NCBI RefSeq assembly: GCF_046119375.1
Contig: NW_027362765.1
Span: 146,196,001-146,260,000, forward strand
Length of the DNA: 64,000 nucleotides
Direction of reading: 5' to 3'
From: Phyllobates terribilis
Lineage: Eukaryota
Position 1 is the first letter of the stretch, and each line of letters opens with the position of its first letter. The position numbers were made by a program, and so were the translations under genes. Shown here piece after piece: positions 41,918-53,599 of this stretch. A model generated the notes under the pieces. The model worked only from the letters and a program-made list of their open reading frames with translations, had not been told where the DNA came from and made no database searches.

Positions 41918-42757
41918 CTAAACACGCAATGTGTGCACGTGGCCGAAGACCCTGTGAAACCCCCAAAAATACAGTATAAAAGGCCTAATAATCTAGTGAG
42001 TCTAGAAGAGAGAATCAACCGAGGTCGAGCAAGAAGATCCGAACAGTGGTAGCCGTCTATGGCCGCCCTGGAGGTATTGAGGCAAGCAGTGGCAATCCTT
42101 GTGTCTACAGTACGGACACAGGCTCATCACTGTACAGCGTCTGGTCTATGATGGGGAGTGGTCCTATTAAGCCATGAGGTTTTTTTTGGAGGGGTCTGCT
42201 CTAAGTTAAGCCTGAAAGACTTTCTTATGCCTTTCTATTGTAAAACCACTTTGTTGTTCACATTGTCAGGGTTTTCAGAGTTTTTATTTTTTGCTTCAGG
42301 GTTTTAAAACTGGTGAGAATTAGCGAGTACAGGTCACTTCTTTGAAGGAAGCAACTCCTGATGGGATCTGCTCCAAAGTAAGCACTGACCAATCAAAAAT
42401 CTGCCAAAAATGTTCAGGAAACTCTCCTTTGAGGAATTTTTCATTTCCCGAAGTGGTTTCCACTAGAAAACCTGTCATTTTTAGACCTCCCAAAACCCCT
42501 CAGTGGGCACACAGCCATAGCACACGATCAGAGTTTGTTTTATTTTTCTAAAGCACAAAAAATCTTATGTGGTTTTCAACAGAAATCCACATCAGAAACC
42601 AGATTTTTCAGTTCTAAAGTGGTTTCTCCGCATATTTGCTTTGCAGTCTTTTTACTTCATTGTTAAGAGCGATGAAGATCAAGACCAAACTCGAAAAAAA
42701 AAAAAAAAAAACCCACACCCCATGCAGTATGAACAGTAACGGGAAATTAATCGTGAG

Positions 42758-43057
42758 TAGTGTTGAGCGAGTATGTTCTATTAACCTTTTCGCCGAGTAT
42801 GCTCATGCCGAGCTCCGAGTATTTATAGCTGCTCGGTGATATGGTTGAATCGCTCCCGTGTGCATTATTTGCAACTGTTTGGCAGCTTTATTACATGTGA
42901 GGAATGTGTAAGAAATAAACATTCCTCACATGTAATAAAACTGTCAAACAGTCACAAATCATGCACACGGGAGGGATTCAACCATATCACCGAGCAGCTG
43001 TAACTACTCGGAGCTCGGCCCGAGCATACTCGGACAGAACATACTCGCTCAACCCTA
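42758..43057. mobile_element. hAT MITE (TAGTGTTGAGCG family)
   Basis: Exact 8-bp TSD ATCGTGAG. Confidence 0.85.
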
Positions 43058-44551
43058 ATCGTGAGTGTTCTTCATTTCTTGAAGAGGATTTTGGGGCAAT
43101 TCTGCTTCAAAATACAAATAGGAAAAAACCCGGCGAGTACATATTTAAAGGCCAAGTTCACAAAGATTTATTTTTTTCATAAATTTTTAAAATCCTCCTC
43201 AAAACAATTTGGAAAACTTATTCTTTTCATGGAAAAATCATTCTCCTGTTCATAAGAGGTTCTATTAAGCACACCACTCTTTAGGAAACTTCTCCAAACT
43301 AAGCACTGTATAATCAAAAGGATGCAAAGAACATTTCAGGGGTGGAGTAAACTGATTGGAAAAAAAAAAAAAAAGAGAGGAAAAACTGGGAAAAAAATAA
43401 AGTGTATTTAATAAAACTCATCATTTTTGAACACCTCAAAAAACTCCAGATGCACGTCGCCTCCAAACTTCCCATGATCTGACCGGCGAAGAAGACGGCC
43501 CGTGCCCATATAGATCATACAGATATTGTAGAGAAGACCCCCATACACAGTAATGTTGGCCGAACCTGCCGGCACTCTAACATTTAAGTGATGGTCGGAG
43601 GAGATGACGATCAGGCATGTCCAATTTCGGATTGCCGATCATATTGTCCCAGAGATAAGCTACTAGCAAAGATGTTTTTTTTCCAAAGAGACCACATGAG
43701 CGCTCCTGTGTCTGGGAAAGATGGGCGAGATATCTGCGGCCCATATAATGTGTATGGGGGGCAGAAATCACAATGGTCCTTGTATTATCTGGAGAGCTGC
43801 TATGTCATTCAGAAGTCACCAGGGTGGTGGCAGCGGCTCCCTCCCAAACAACAGCCCCTATCAGGTCTCCATTTATTTGAGCTGTTGGCAGTTACATTAC
43901 AGGAAGTCCTGCAGGATCAGGAAAACATGTTTCAGAAACAGCGCCCCCCCCGCAACCATTGCTTGTCTCTGGTATTGCAATTGTGCCATACTGAATGAAC
44001 AGAGTTGAGCTGCAATACCTGACAAGCCTTGGTCTGGAGGTGGCACTGAATAGCGAGGAGGGGGCAGAATAATCAGGCTGTGGCCGCAGTCATTACATTC
44101 AGTCTACTGACAACATTACGGATTAACGGGTTTCTCCTATTATATGGCTTTTACGCCAGAGCTGCCTTTGTTACCAGGGATCCAGGCGTGCTTGGCCATA
44201 CACAGCAGGTCAGTCGCTGCGATTCGCCCCATGACATCTACATGGGGTCTGATCGCTACGCCACAGAACATCACCTCCATTGACTCCTATGGGGTCATGT
44301 GACCAGGGCTGAGGGGACCATGACATCAGGCTACGGATATATGGCGACCTGAGAGTTGTCATGATGGCGTCACAGCCCAGATATACGTGCGACTGGGATG
44401 GTGGATTCCCCTGGACACGATCGGGTGAATCAGCCCTCTCCTCCATCACTGCCCCATACACTACTACATACAGGCGCCCACCCCACTACCACAGGCCGCT
44501 CACCGACCCACCAATTATCCAGCAACACAGCAAACCACGACTACGTCTTAC

Positions 44552-44750
44552 CAGAGCTGTTCCTTCACCGACTTCCTGCTCTCGCCACCTCTTCCTTGCC
44601 GATCGGTCACACGAAATGGCGGCGATTGCTGACGTCACCGAAGGAAGAGTGCCGGAACTAGCGCAGAGCACGCATGCTCCGGAGCCAGCCAATCAGAAGC
44701 TCCGATTCTCAATCTGTAGGCGTTCTCTGAACCATACATCCAATCAGAAA
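44552..44750 (-). promoter_or_regulatory. ARF2 promoter and probable non-coding exon 1
   Basis: The first coding exon begins at an AG acceptor (exon starts 33001, 29 nt before the ATG), so an upstream exon is required. This CpG-rich block has the donor CTG|GTAAGA at 44552/44551, YY1 CGCCATTT (44614-44624), CRE TGACGTCA (44630-44637) and CCAAT boxes (44689, 44740). It implies an intron 1 of about 11.5 kb. Confidence 0.7.
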
Positions 44751-45019
44751 ACCGTAACGTCACACGCAGGAAGCTACATTGTAGCCATCTTACTAACGTT
44801 ATTAGCCCATCCAGGAAACGAGAGTTGTTACGTATTCCCGCCTTTAAAACAGCGGCTTTACTCATTTCCTTATCTTCATGTATGACAAGTGGAATAAGAC
44901 AGGGATGTGCACAGATGAGCCGTGTGACAGAACGTCGTAAAGTGTCGTACAGTTTCTATGGTTACGGTTCATCGTTCTTATCAGAGGGTGTAGTAAAAAA
45001 AAATGGGTGTCAAGTCTGA

Positions 45020-45137
45020 CCAATCAGGATGGGAAACGTCATTGTTCCGGTTACGCCCACCCTGACGGAGCACCAATCGGGTTCTTAGTCGCTTGACACA
45101 CGGTGAGGGCGTGGTTACAAGCTGCGGACTATATAAG
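45020..45137 (+). promoter_or_regulatory. CCAAT-CCAAT-GC-TATA promoter divergent from ARF2
   Basis: CCAAT at 45020 and 45073, GGGCGTGG at 45107-45114 and TATATAAG at 45130-45137, in canonical order pointing right and in CpG-rich DNA. Confidence 0.5.
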
Positions 45138-45849
45138 CATGGGGGATTCCGCTTAGCTATATTTAGCGCGTACACTCATGTAGTGAGGTCAGAGAGCAGG
45201 TCATGGTTGAGCCCAGTGGTGCCTGGGTGTGTAGGGCCGTAGGTTCCTACAGAACGAATTAATTATTTAGACCTGGGGAATATAGCGAGACTGTTCACAC
45301 TTGGAGTTAAAATAGCATTACAAGTTTTTTTGGTACTGTCACTTTAACCTTCAGGTATGAGGCCAATTTTGTGTTTTGTTTTTTCCCTCCCTTTGCAGTC
45401 CATAACTTTTTTTTTCTGTAAATGTAGCTGTGTAAGTTATGGTAACCTTGCGAAAACGGGATTCCTGCAGGGAATTAAGTGGGCTTAATCTTTTATCAGG
45501 CCTTGAGTTCCACCCACACACCCCCCTGTGATAACCTCATGTGGGCAGGGTTATGGGCTGTCCTCAGCCCTTCAGGATTTTATGAAATCTCAATTTATGC
45601 AACAACTCCTCACTGGATGATCGCAAAAGTTCAAGATTGCCGCCATATTTCCCATAGGGATTTTATCTTTACTCACATGGCATAGCTGTTGTCAGCTATC
45701 GTGTCACTGTGGATTTGTGGCTCATTGCCAGGGGTTACAGTTATGAAAAATTATGCGTCTTCTGGTGCTGAAAATGTATGTCTCATCAATATCGGATTTA
45801 TACAAACTGCAATGTTTTCTTTTTGAGACATCGAGTCTGATATGAGATA

Positions 45850-45952
45850 TGCTTATTCTGTATTGTCTGTATAAGTCCCCCCTAAAATTTGTAAAGTGCT
45901 GCGGAATATGTTGGCGCTATAAAAATAAACTATTATTATTATTATTATTATT
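45850..45952 (+). mobile_element. L2/SINE 3' tail
   Basis: TGTAAAGTGCTGCGGAATATGTTGGCGCTATAAAAATAAA followed by (TAT)n. Confidence 0.7.
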
Positions 45953-47702
45953 GTAAATATAACATTTCCTCTGAGGCAGCCTAGGTGTCATTCAGGATGT
46001 ATTTCCTGGAGACAAAGCCTCGTCCACTTGTAAACACAGGTACCCTTTTGTTGTCCAGTTCTCTGAAAAAGACTTCTCCTGCCTCAGTTACTTGTCTATT
46101 GTATAGCTCTTTGGCTATGTACATTATACATCCTCATGGTCTTTGTCCTAAAATAAGCTCTTGCATGTTAATTAAGCTGGTTCACTATTCGCCCACATTC
46201 AATATCCTACTTGTATTAGTCTAAGTCTAGGAGACTGTAAGCTCATGTTTCCTTACTGGAAATCTGTGTAATAAGAAAATTGAGGGGGGGGGGTGAGGGA
46301 CTTCAAAAATGTTTAATATTTTCTATGACGCTATGTAACTGCAGACTTGTGAATCCTCACAGTACACGCACTGTGAGGATTCTCTGGGGCCGGGAGCAGT
46401 GGTTGTGTGACTGCACGTATGCAATTTGTACACTTCAGGCCACATTCCCACTAGACTGTGTCCGGCCTCGCTTAATTCACTTGCACAGAGCGAGGCCGCG
46501 CACGTCTAGTCGGCACGTGTCTGCATGTATGCAAATCACATAATCACAATGGATGAGATCCAGCATCCGCCCAAGAAATTCTCTTATTTTCTTAAAATCA
46601 TCATTTATTGGAATGCTCTAAAAACAGAATTAGTTACAAAGAAAGGGAAACACTTGTACTACGCGTTTCAAACATGAAAAGCTCTTAATAATGTCTCTTT
46701 TCACAACTAAATGCAATCCTTATATACCTATAAGCATCATGACACACCACAAGGTGGCCATCCCTAATTATCTAGAACCAATGGTATAGTGTCATATATT
46801 TAACCCTATAATGGAATATAATTATCTCATCATTTATTTAGTTAGACAGACGATCTACAAGAAACAGACATCCATACAATTCTGTGTATACGTGGAAAAG
46901 ATCTGCACTCCAAGAGAAGGAGATTGGTCTGCCCTCCTGCGGACACCTGAGGCATTTTGGATTCTGTGTATGGAAACCTGGGCACCATTAGGTTTAAATT
47001 TTAAAACAGATTAGCTATACTATTAAGACAAAATAATACTAATATATACTTACCTGGATGTCTGCTTCTTGTAGATCTGTCAAAACAAGGTGTATCCCAT
47101 GCATCACTCCGTATTTGGTGCAGACTTGATACAGACCCTCCATTAGGTTGTAAACATTGCAAGTAATCCAAAAATACGAGGGACCAGGAAAGTTAGCAAT
47201 GTTTCGGCCACACAGGGCCTTTGTCAAGCCAAGAAAAAAAAAAGTGCATGTAGTGTGCTCTCTCCTGCACTGCTTTCATTAACAGAGCATGCGCCATGCT
47301 GGGCTGTGACGTGCAGTGAAACTCCGCTCACAGTCACTCAGGGAGAAAGGGTCCCTCCTCAGTGATGCCGGGTCAGCTTCCCATTCCAGAAGTTGACATG
47401 ACATCACCGGACATCTGCAGCAGGAGATCATGTGATGGGGATGAGCGGACAGCGATGGTACCGCTTACAGGCACATTTGGAAACGCAAGGTATCTTGCAA
47501 TCAATAAAGCTCCCATCGCTGACCGATGCAGATAGAAAAATACTAAAGATGGTAATGGGAGCAAGAGGTCATGATTGTGATAAAAACCTTAGCAAATAAA
47601 AAGGCACATGGCCCAGATCCTTTATGAAGTGTTATAAAAGCATGCCACAGAACTCACTTCTACACTAGTAGAGCTATATAACCACATACTAAGGGAGAAA
47701 AA

Positions 47703-48661
47703 AACTTCCCCTTTAGTCACCAATAGATGTCTTTTTACTGACCTGCGATATAAGAGACTAGCGTTCCCCGACAGATGACCATCTTGTAACTGTCATCTGT
47801 ACACTATAGCTGACAACTTGCTGTATCAGCCACGATCGGCATTGGCACCGGCCATGGACGTTTAACGCCTTATATTCTGCTGTTAATAGTGACTACAGAA
47901 TCTAAATCGTTAGTGTGGGGGCTCCCTCTTTAACCTCATCGGCACCCTGAGATCTTGATTGTGTGGTCCTGATGTTTGCCATGGCAGGTAACAGCCAAAT
48001 AACAGCCTTAGAGTCCTCCGGTTATAGCGGCCTGTTCAGAAGTTATCAAAATTTAGGTGGTAAAAATAAACTCTTTCATTCCTGTCATGCCACTTTCCAT
48101 TACTTCCTGAAAAGAACCAGAAGGGTTAATGAACTACCTGAAAGCAATTTCAAATACGTTGAGGGGTGCAGTTTTTAAAATGGTATCACTTTTGGGTGGT
48201 TTCCAACATATAGGACTCCCAAAGTCACTTCAAAACTGAACTGGTCCCTATAAACTTAGGTTTTGCAAATTTCCTTGAAAAAATGAAAAATTACTGCTAC
48301 ATTTTTAAACCTTCTAAAATGCTAACAAAATAAAACAACACTTTACAAATGGTGCTGATGTAAAGCAGACGTGAGGGAAATGTTATTTATTAATGTTTTT
48401 GAATGACTATCCCTTTAATCCCAATAGTCATACCACACAAAGTTTGAAAATTGCAATTTTTAAAACATTTTTGTCAAATTTCTGATATTTTTATAAATAA
48501 ACGCAAAACATGTCAACCTAAATTTACCAATATTATAAAGTATCTTATGTCACAAAAAAACAGTCTCAAAATCAATGGGATATGTTGAAGCATTCCAGAG
48601 TTATTACTACGTAAAGTGACACTGGTCAGATTTTTAAAAAATTGGTCCGGTCCCTAAGGCG
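47703..48661 (-). mobile_element. Decayed piggyBac-like non-autonomous element, family of the 51490-56516 host, reverse orientation
   Basis: Right end ...GGTCCCTAAGGCG-TTAA and internal similarity to 53210-53560 in reverse. The left boundary is approximate. Confidence 0.55.
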
Positions 48662-48900
48662 TTAAATGGGGTTGTCCGGTCCAAATCAATAAGTCTGTAA
48701 TCACTCTGTGTGACTGCAGACTTATGAATCCCCCCAGTGCACGCACTGTGCGCTGCAAGGATTCAACGATTTCTAAGCCGGGATCAGAGGGTATGTATGT
48801 ATGTATGTATGTATGAAATTAACCCATAAAAGGCCTAATTTGTGGGATCCTTCCCTTGCTGATGTAAAACTTTAATTTATGCCATGTCTCATTGTTTTAA

Positions 48901-50138
48901 AGGGGTTGTTTGGTCCAAATCGATAAAACTTCAGTCACTCTGTGTGGCTGCAGACTTCACGCACTGCGATGTGATTCGCCAGTTTCTGAGCCGGGACGGA
49001 AGGGTTTGTATGCGTTATATGACTCGTCGCCTGGGCCGTGGGGCACTCGGAGCCGGGCAACAGGGCAATAATGGGGGTAGTAGTGGCAACCCGGTCCGTG
49101 GCTCAGGGTGGTCAGACCAAACGTTGTGGCAGTCTATTTGTAGGGTTTTAAATATCCGACTACGCCACCCGTGGATTGCGGTCAGGGTTAACCGCCGCTG
49201 CAGTGCAGACCGCTGGGGCTGATGTAGGTGTGCAGCACTAAGTAGTATAACTCCCCACTGGAGGAGTGTGGCCCCAGGGCAGTATATAGATGGATGATGG
49301 AGGGGATGATTCCGATCGCAATAGCCAGGAGACGGAGGCCTCTTAAACAGTTCAGGGTCTTTATTAGGACAGGTGAGACGACCCAAAAACAGTCCCGGCT
49401 AGGAGGGGGCCTGGATGTCTGAGAACAAGTGGGAAGCTGGCCCTGGTCAGGGTGAGGGTGAAGGCCTACCGTATTCTCTGCGCTCTTTCTGGCTATTTCC
49501 CTCCTGGTGGTGTAACAGCCCACGTTCCTGAGCTCGGCGTGTCTTCTCGCCCGTATGGCTTGCCTCCTCTACTGCCACTCGTCCTCCTCAGCCTCAGCTG
49601 AACTGGCTCTCCCTTCTCTGGGACACCTCTCACTCCAGAGACAGGTCGTCCAGAACTCTCTAACCCTGCCCCCAGTTCCAGCTTTTATAGGGGCAGCCTG
49701 CTCCCCCTACTGGCCTGGGACAGGAGGTGCTGCATGCTAATGGTCCCTGACCAGAGAACCTCCCCCTTGCTCTCAGACACAGCTTTATTATACATTTGTG
49801 GCATCCAGGCCAGGGTGACACATTATACATACTCCTGGCCAGAGCCGGTCTAGTGGGTGCAGCCTCACTCCATACTCTTGTATTAAGCGAGGCCACGCCC
49901 CAACTAGTGACACGACCATCCAGTGAGAGTGGCTGTCTACTGGGTGCAGCCTCGCTCCATAAAAGTGTATGGCGCGAGGCTGCACCCACAATACAGGCCC
50001 TGGCCAGGAGTATATATAACGCATACAAACCCTTCCATCCTGGATCAGAAACTGGTGAATCGCCACATCGCACAGTGCGTGAAGTCTGCAGCCACACAGA
50101 GTGACTGAAGATTTAGCGATTTGGACCGGACAACCCCT
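48901..50138. mobile_element. T2/Kolobok-type MITE interrupted by a solo LTR
   Basis: TTAA-AGGGGTTGT...ACAACCCCT-TTAA with long paired arms. Confidence 0.85.
49020..49822 (-). mobile_element. Solo LTR (803 bp)
   Basis: TG...CA ends with an exact 5-bp target duplication TTATA (49015-49019 and 49823-49827). Minus-strand TATAAAA near 49685 and AATAAA near 49342. Confidence 0.8.
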
Positions 50139-51575
50139 TTAAACAATGAGACACTGCATAAATTAAAGTTTTACATCAGCAAGGGAAGGATCCCACAAAT
50201 TAGGCCTTTTATGGGTTAATTTCATTGGTAGACCAAGGTATTAAAATATTGTTCTGAATTTTGGCTAACTGTTTATCTGATCTGTTACCAAAACTAGTAG
50301 GACCACACCAAGTAGGTTTTGTAAAATGGTGATCAGCTGTGACTAATAAATAGACAATGTTAGACTATGTTCATATGTCCCGTAGTTATTTCCCACTTTG
50401 GATCTGTTTTGGGATGAGAAAAATTAAAATAAAATGATCAAGTACAGGATCCATTCATTTAAATAGGGACAGAAATGTCTGACTGCAGTCTAACTGCAAT
50501 CCATCTTTTTAGCTGGATCAATAAAACAGTCTACATAACTTTTCTTTCTGACTAAATAAATGCACTTAAATTTCTCCTGGTTTCCTGGCTCCATCCACCG
50601 ATGATCTCCGGTCTCAGTACTGGTATTCCCAGCAGTGCAGAAAAACACCTACTCCTTATTATTCATTCTCTCCCCGAGGTTCATTATAAAGACGAAAGAA
50701 ATCAAGGGTATCAAAGTCAGAAAAAGCAAAATGAAATTAACGACGATATGTGAAAATTTTTGGCATCTCCGCAGGACCAGCTGAAGTGTTAGAGATTCTT
50801 GAATACTATGGATCCTTTTCAATATATAAAATCAATACAGTATATCAAAATATCATTGACTCTTTTTTTGGCAAATCATCCAGGCAGGCAATGATTTGTA
50901 AAGTGGAAATCATAACTAACATATTTAGGAGTTAAATAGGGCTGTGTCCTTCTTTTATATATAACTTTAACCTGTGATAGAAAAGATTGTGAAAGAACAA
51001 GGATGTACCATCCTTCGGGGGCTGTACAAATAACACGCTATCTCCACCCACAAAGTACATCCTGATGCTGGCACTGATATCAGAACGTAATCTTTCATTG
51101 CACGCGCCTCAGCGTTCAGTAGTGAACATGGCGTGCGTGTGCTCACAGATCAAGAATAAATTAATGGGCCGGCTTCCAGCAAAATACAGCTGCATTCTCC
51201 GGAATCTGCTAGGGGGTTGGATAAAAGGTCATTGAGGCCACAGGCCTGAGGTTCCCCATCCCTGGCTTATAGGAAGCTGGATTTGCCCGAAACAGATGGA
51301 GGCTCCAATGGTTAGGTGCTACAACACGGTCACAATATTTAGGCATATTGCAGACTGAATTTGTGGTACCAACAACTAATCCAACTTAGCATTAGACAAA
51401 GGAATTTGCAGTTCCATAAGATTTTAAAGCTTTGCTACATTTGAAATATGGCGATCTTCCCAAAGAAATCAAGAGTAGTGTCTTATTAACTCCTTTACCT
51501 CCGAGGGTGGTTTGCACGTTAATGGTTTAGCAATTTTCAAAATTTGAATTTTTATGCACTTAAAGCAGAGAGATA

Positions 51576-53206
51576 CAGTACAGACCAAAAGTTTGGACAC
51601 ACCTTCTCATTTCAAGATTTTTCTGTATTTTCTTGACTATGAAAATTGTACATTCACACTGAAGGCATCAAAACTATGAATTAACACATGTGGAATTATA
51701 TACTTAACATAAAAGTGAGAAACAACTGAAAATATGTCTTATATTCTAGGTTCTTCAAAGTAGCCACCTTTTGCTTTGATGACTGCTTTGCACACTCTTG
51801 GCATTCTCTTGATGAGCTTCAAGAGGTAGTCACCGGAAATGGTCTTCCAACAATCTTGAAGGAGTTCCCAGAGATGCTTAGCACTTGTTGGCCCTTTTGC
51901 CTTCACTCTGCGGTCCAGCTCACCCCAAACCATCTCGATTGGGTTCAGGTCTGGTGACTGTGGAGGCCAGGTCATCTGGCGTAGCCCCCCATAACTCTCC
52001 ATCTTGGTCAAATAGCCCTTACACAGCCTGGAGGTGTGTTTGGGGTCATTGTCCTGTTGAAAAATAAATGATGGTCCAACTAAACGCAAACTGAATGGAA
52101 TAGCATGCTGCTGCAAGATGCTGTGGTAGCCATGCTGGTTCAGTATGCCTTCAATTTTGAATAAATCCCCAACAGTGTCACCAGCAAAGCACCCCCACAC
52201 CATCACACCTCCTCCTCCATGCTTCACGGTGGGAACCAGGCATGTAGAGTCCATCCGTTCACCTTTTCTGCGTCGCACAAAGACACGGTGGTTGGAACCA
52301 AAGATCTCAAATTTGGACTCATCAGACCAAAGCACAGATTTCCACTGGTCTAATGTCCATTCCTTGTGTTCTTTAGCCCAAACAAGTCTCTTCTGCTTGT
52401 TGCCTGTCCTTAGCAGTGGTTTCCTAGCAGCTATTTTACCATGAAGGCCTGCTGCACAAAGTCTCCTCTTAACAGTTGTTGAAGAGATGTGTCTGCTGCT
52501 AGAACTCTGTGTGGCATTGACCTGGTCTCTAATCTGAGCTGCTGTTAACCTGCGATTTCTGAGGCTGGTGACTCGGATAAACTTATCCTCAGAATCAGAG
52601 GTGACTCTTGGTCTTCCTTTCCTGGGGCGGTCCTCATGTGAGCCAGTTTCTTTGTAGCGCTTGATGGTTTTTGAAACTACACTTGGGGACACTTTCAAAG
52701 TTTTCCCTATTTTTCGGACTGACTGACCTTCATTTCTTAAAATAATGATGGCTACTCGTTTTTCTTTACTTAGAATTTGTATTATGGCAAGAAAGAAAGC
52801 AGCTAACAGTCTATTCAGTAGGACTATCAGCTGTGTATCCACCAGACTTCTGCACAACACAACTGATGGTCCCAACCCCATTTACAAGGCAAGAAATCCC
52901 ACTTATTAAACCTGACAGGGCACACCTGTGAAGTGAAAACCATTTCCGGTGACTACCTCTTGAAGCTCATCAAGAGAATGCCAAGAGTGTGCTAAGCAGT
53001 CATCAAAGCAAAAGGTGGCTACTTTGAAGGACCTAGAATATAAGACATATTTTCAGTTGTTTCACACTTTTTTGTTAAGTATATAATTCCACATGTGTTA
53101 ATTCATAGTTTTGATGCCTTCAGTGTGAATGTACAATTTTCATAGTCATGAAAATACAGAAAAATCTTTAAATTAGAAGGTGTGTCCAAACTTTTGGTCT
53201 GTACTG
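51576..53206 (-). mobile_element. Full-length Tc1-superfamily DD38E (Intruder-type) transposon with 268-bp TIRs
   Basis: TA-CAGTACAGACCAAAAGTTTGGACAC...GTGTCCAAACTTTTGGTCTGTACTG-TA. TIRs are 51576-51843 and 52939-53206. The ORF has [14 protein letters not shown] and NPIEMVW with 38 residues between the second D and E. Confidence 0.93.
51739..52881 (-). CDS. Uninterrupted DD38E transposase ORF (380 aa) with a non-native N-terminus
   Basis: Stop-free ORF with an HTH region (SKEKRVAIIILRNEGQSVRKIGKTLKVS), GRPR and an intact DDE triad. The first ~37 aa come from upstream sequence plus an inverted segment (see findings). Confidence 0.75.
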   Translation of the reverse strand: MGLGPSVVLCRSLVDTQLIVLLNRLLAAFFLAIIQILSKEKRVAIIILRNEGQSVRKIGKTLKVSPSVVSKTIKRYKETGSHEDRPRKGRPRVTSDSEDKFIRVTSLRNRRLTAAQIRDQVNATQSSSSRHISSTTVKRRLCAAGLHGKIAARKPLLRTGNKQKRLVWAKEHKEWTLDQWKSVLWSDESKFEIFGSNHRVFVRRRKGERMDSTCLVPTVKHGGGGVMVWGCFAGDTVGDLFKIEGILNQHGYHSILQQHAIPFSLRLVGPSFIFQQDNDPKHTSRLCKGYLTKMESYGGLRQMTWPPQSPDLNPIEMVWGELDRRVKAKGPTSAKHLWELLQDCWKTISGDYLLKLIKRMPRVCKAVIKAKGGYFEEPRI

Positions 53207-53599
53207 TATGTCACACAAAATAGTTAATAAATAACATTTCCCACATGTCTACTTTATATCAGCACAATTTTGAAACCAACATTTTTTTTTATTAGGGAGC
53301 TATAAGGGTGAAAAGATGACCAGCGATTTCTCATTTTTACAACAAAATTTACAAAACCATTTTGTTAGGGACCACATCACATTTGAAGTCACTTTTGGGT
53401 ATTTTCTGTAATGTAGACCCCTCAAAGTGACACCATTCTAAAAACTGCACCCCTCAAGGTGCTTAAAACCACATTCAAGAACTTTATTAACCCTTCACGT
53501 GCTTCACAGGAATTTTTGGAATGTGGAAGAAAAAAATTAACATTTAACTTTTTTCACAAAAATGTTACTTTAGACCCAATTTTTTTTTATTTTCACAGA

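Noticed and set aside
44361-44885. 174-aa plus-strand ORF across the ARF2 promoter
   Set aside because: A stop-poor GC-rich promoter artefact; it overlaps YY1, CRE and CCAAT motifs and resembles no protein I recognise.
45990-50935. Possible downstream exons for the orphan promoter (near 45990-46044 and 50778-50935)
   Set aside because: The phases can be made to join, but the product is unrecognisable and the splice sites are unremarkable, so the model is unsupported.
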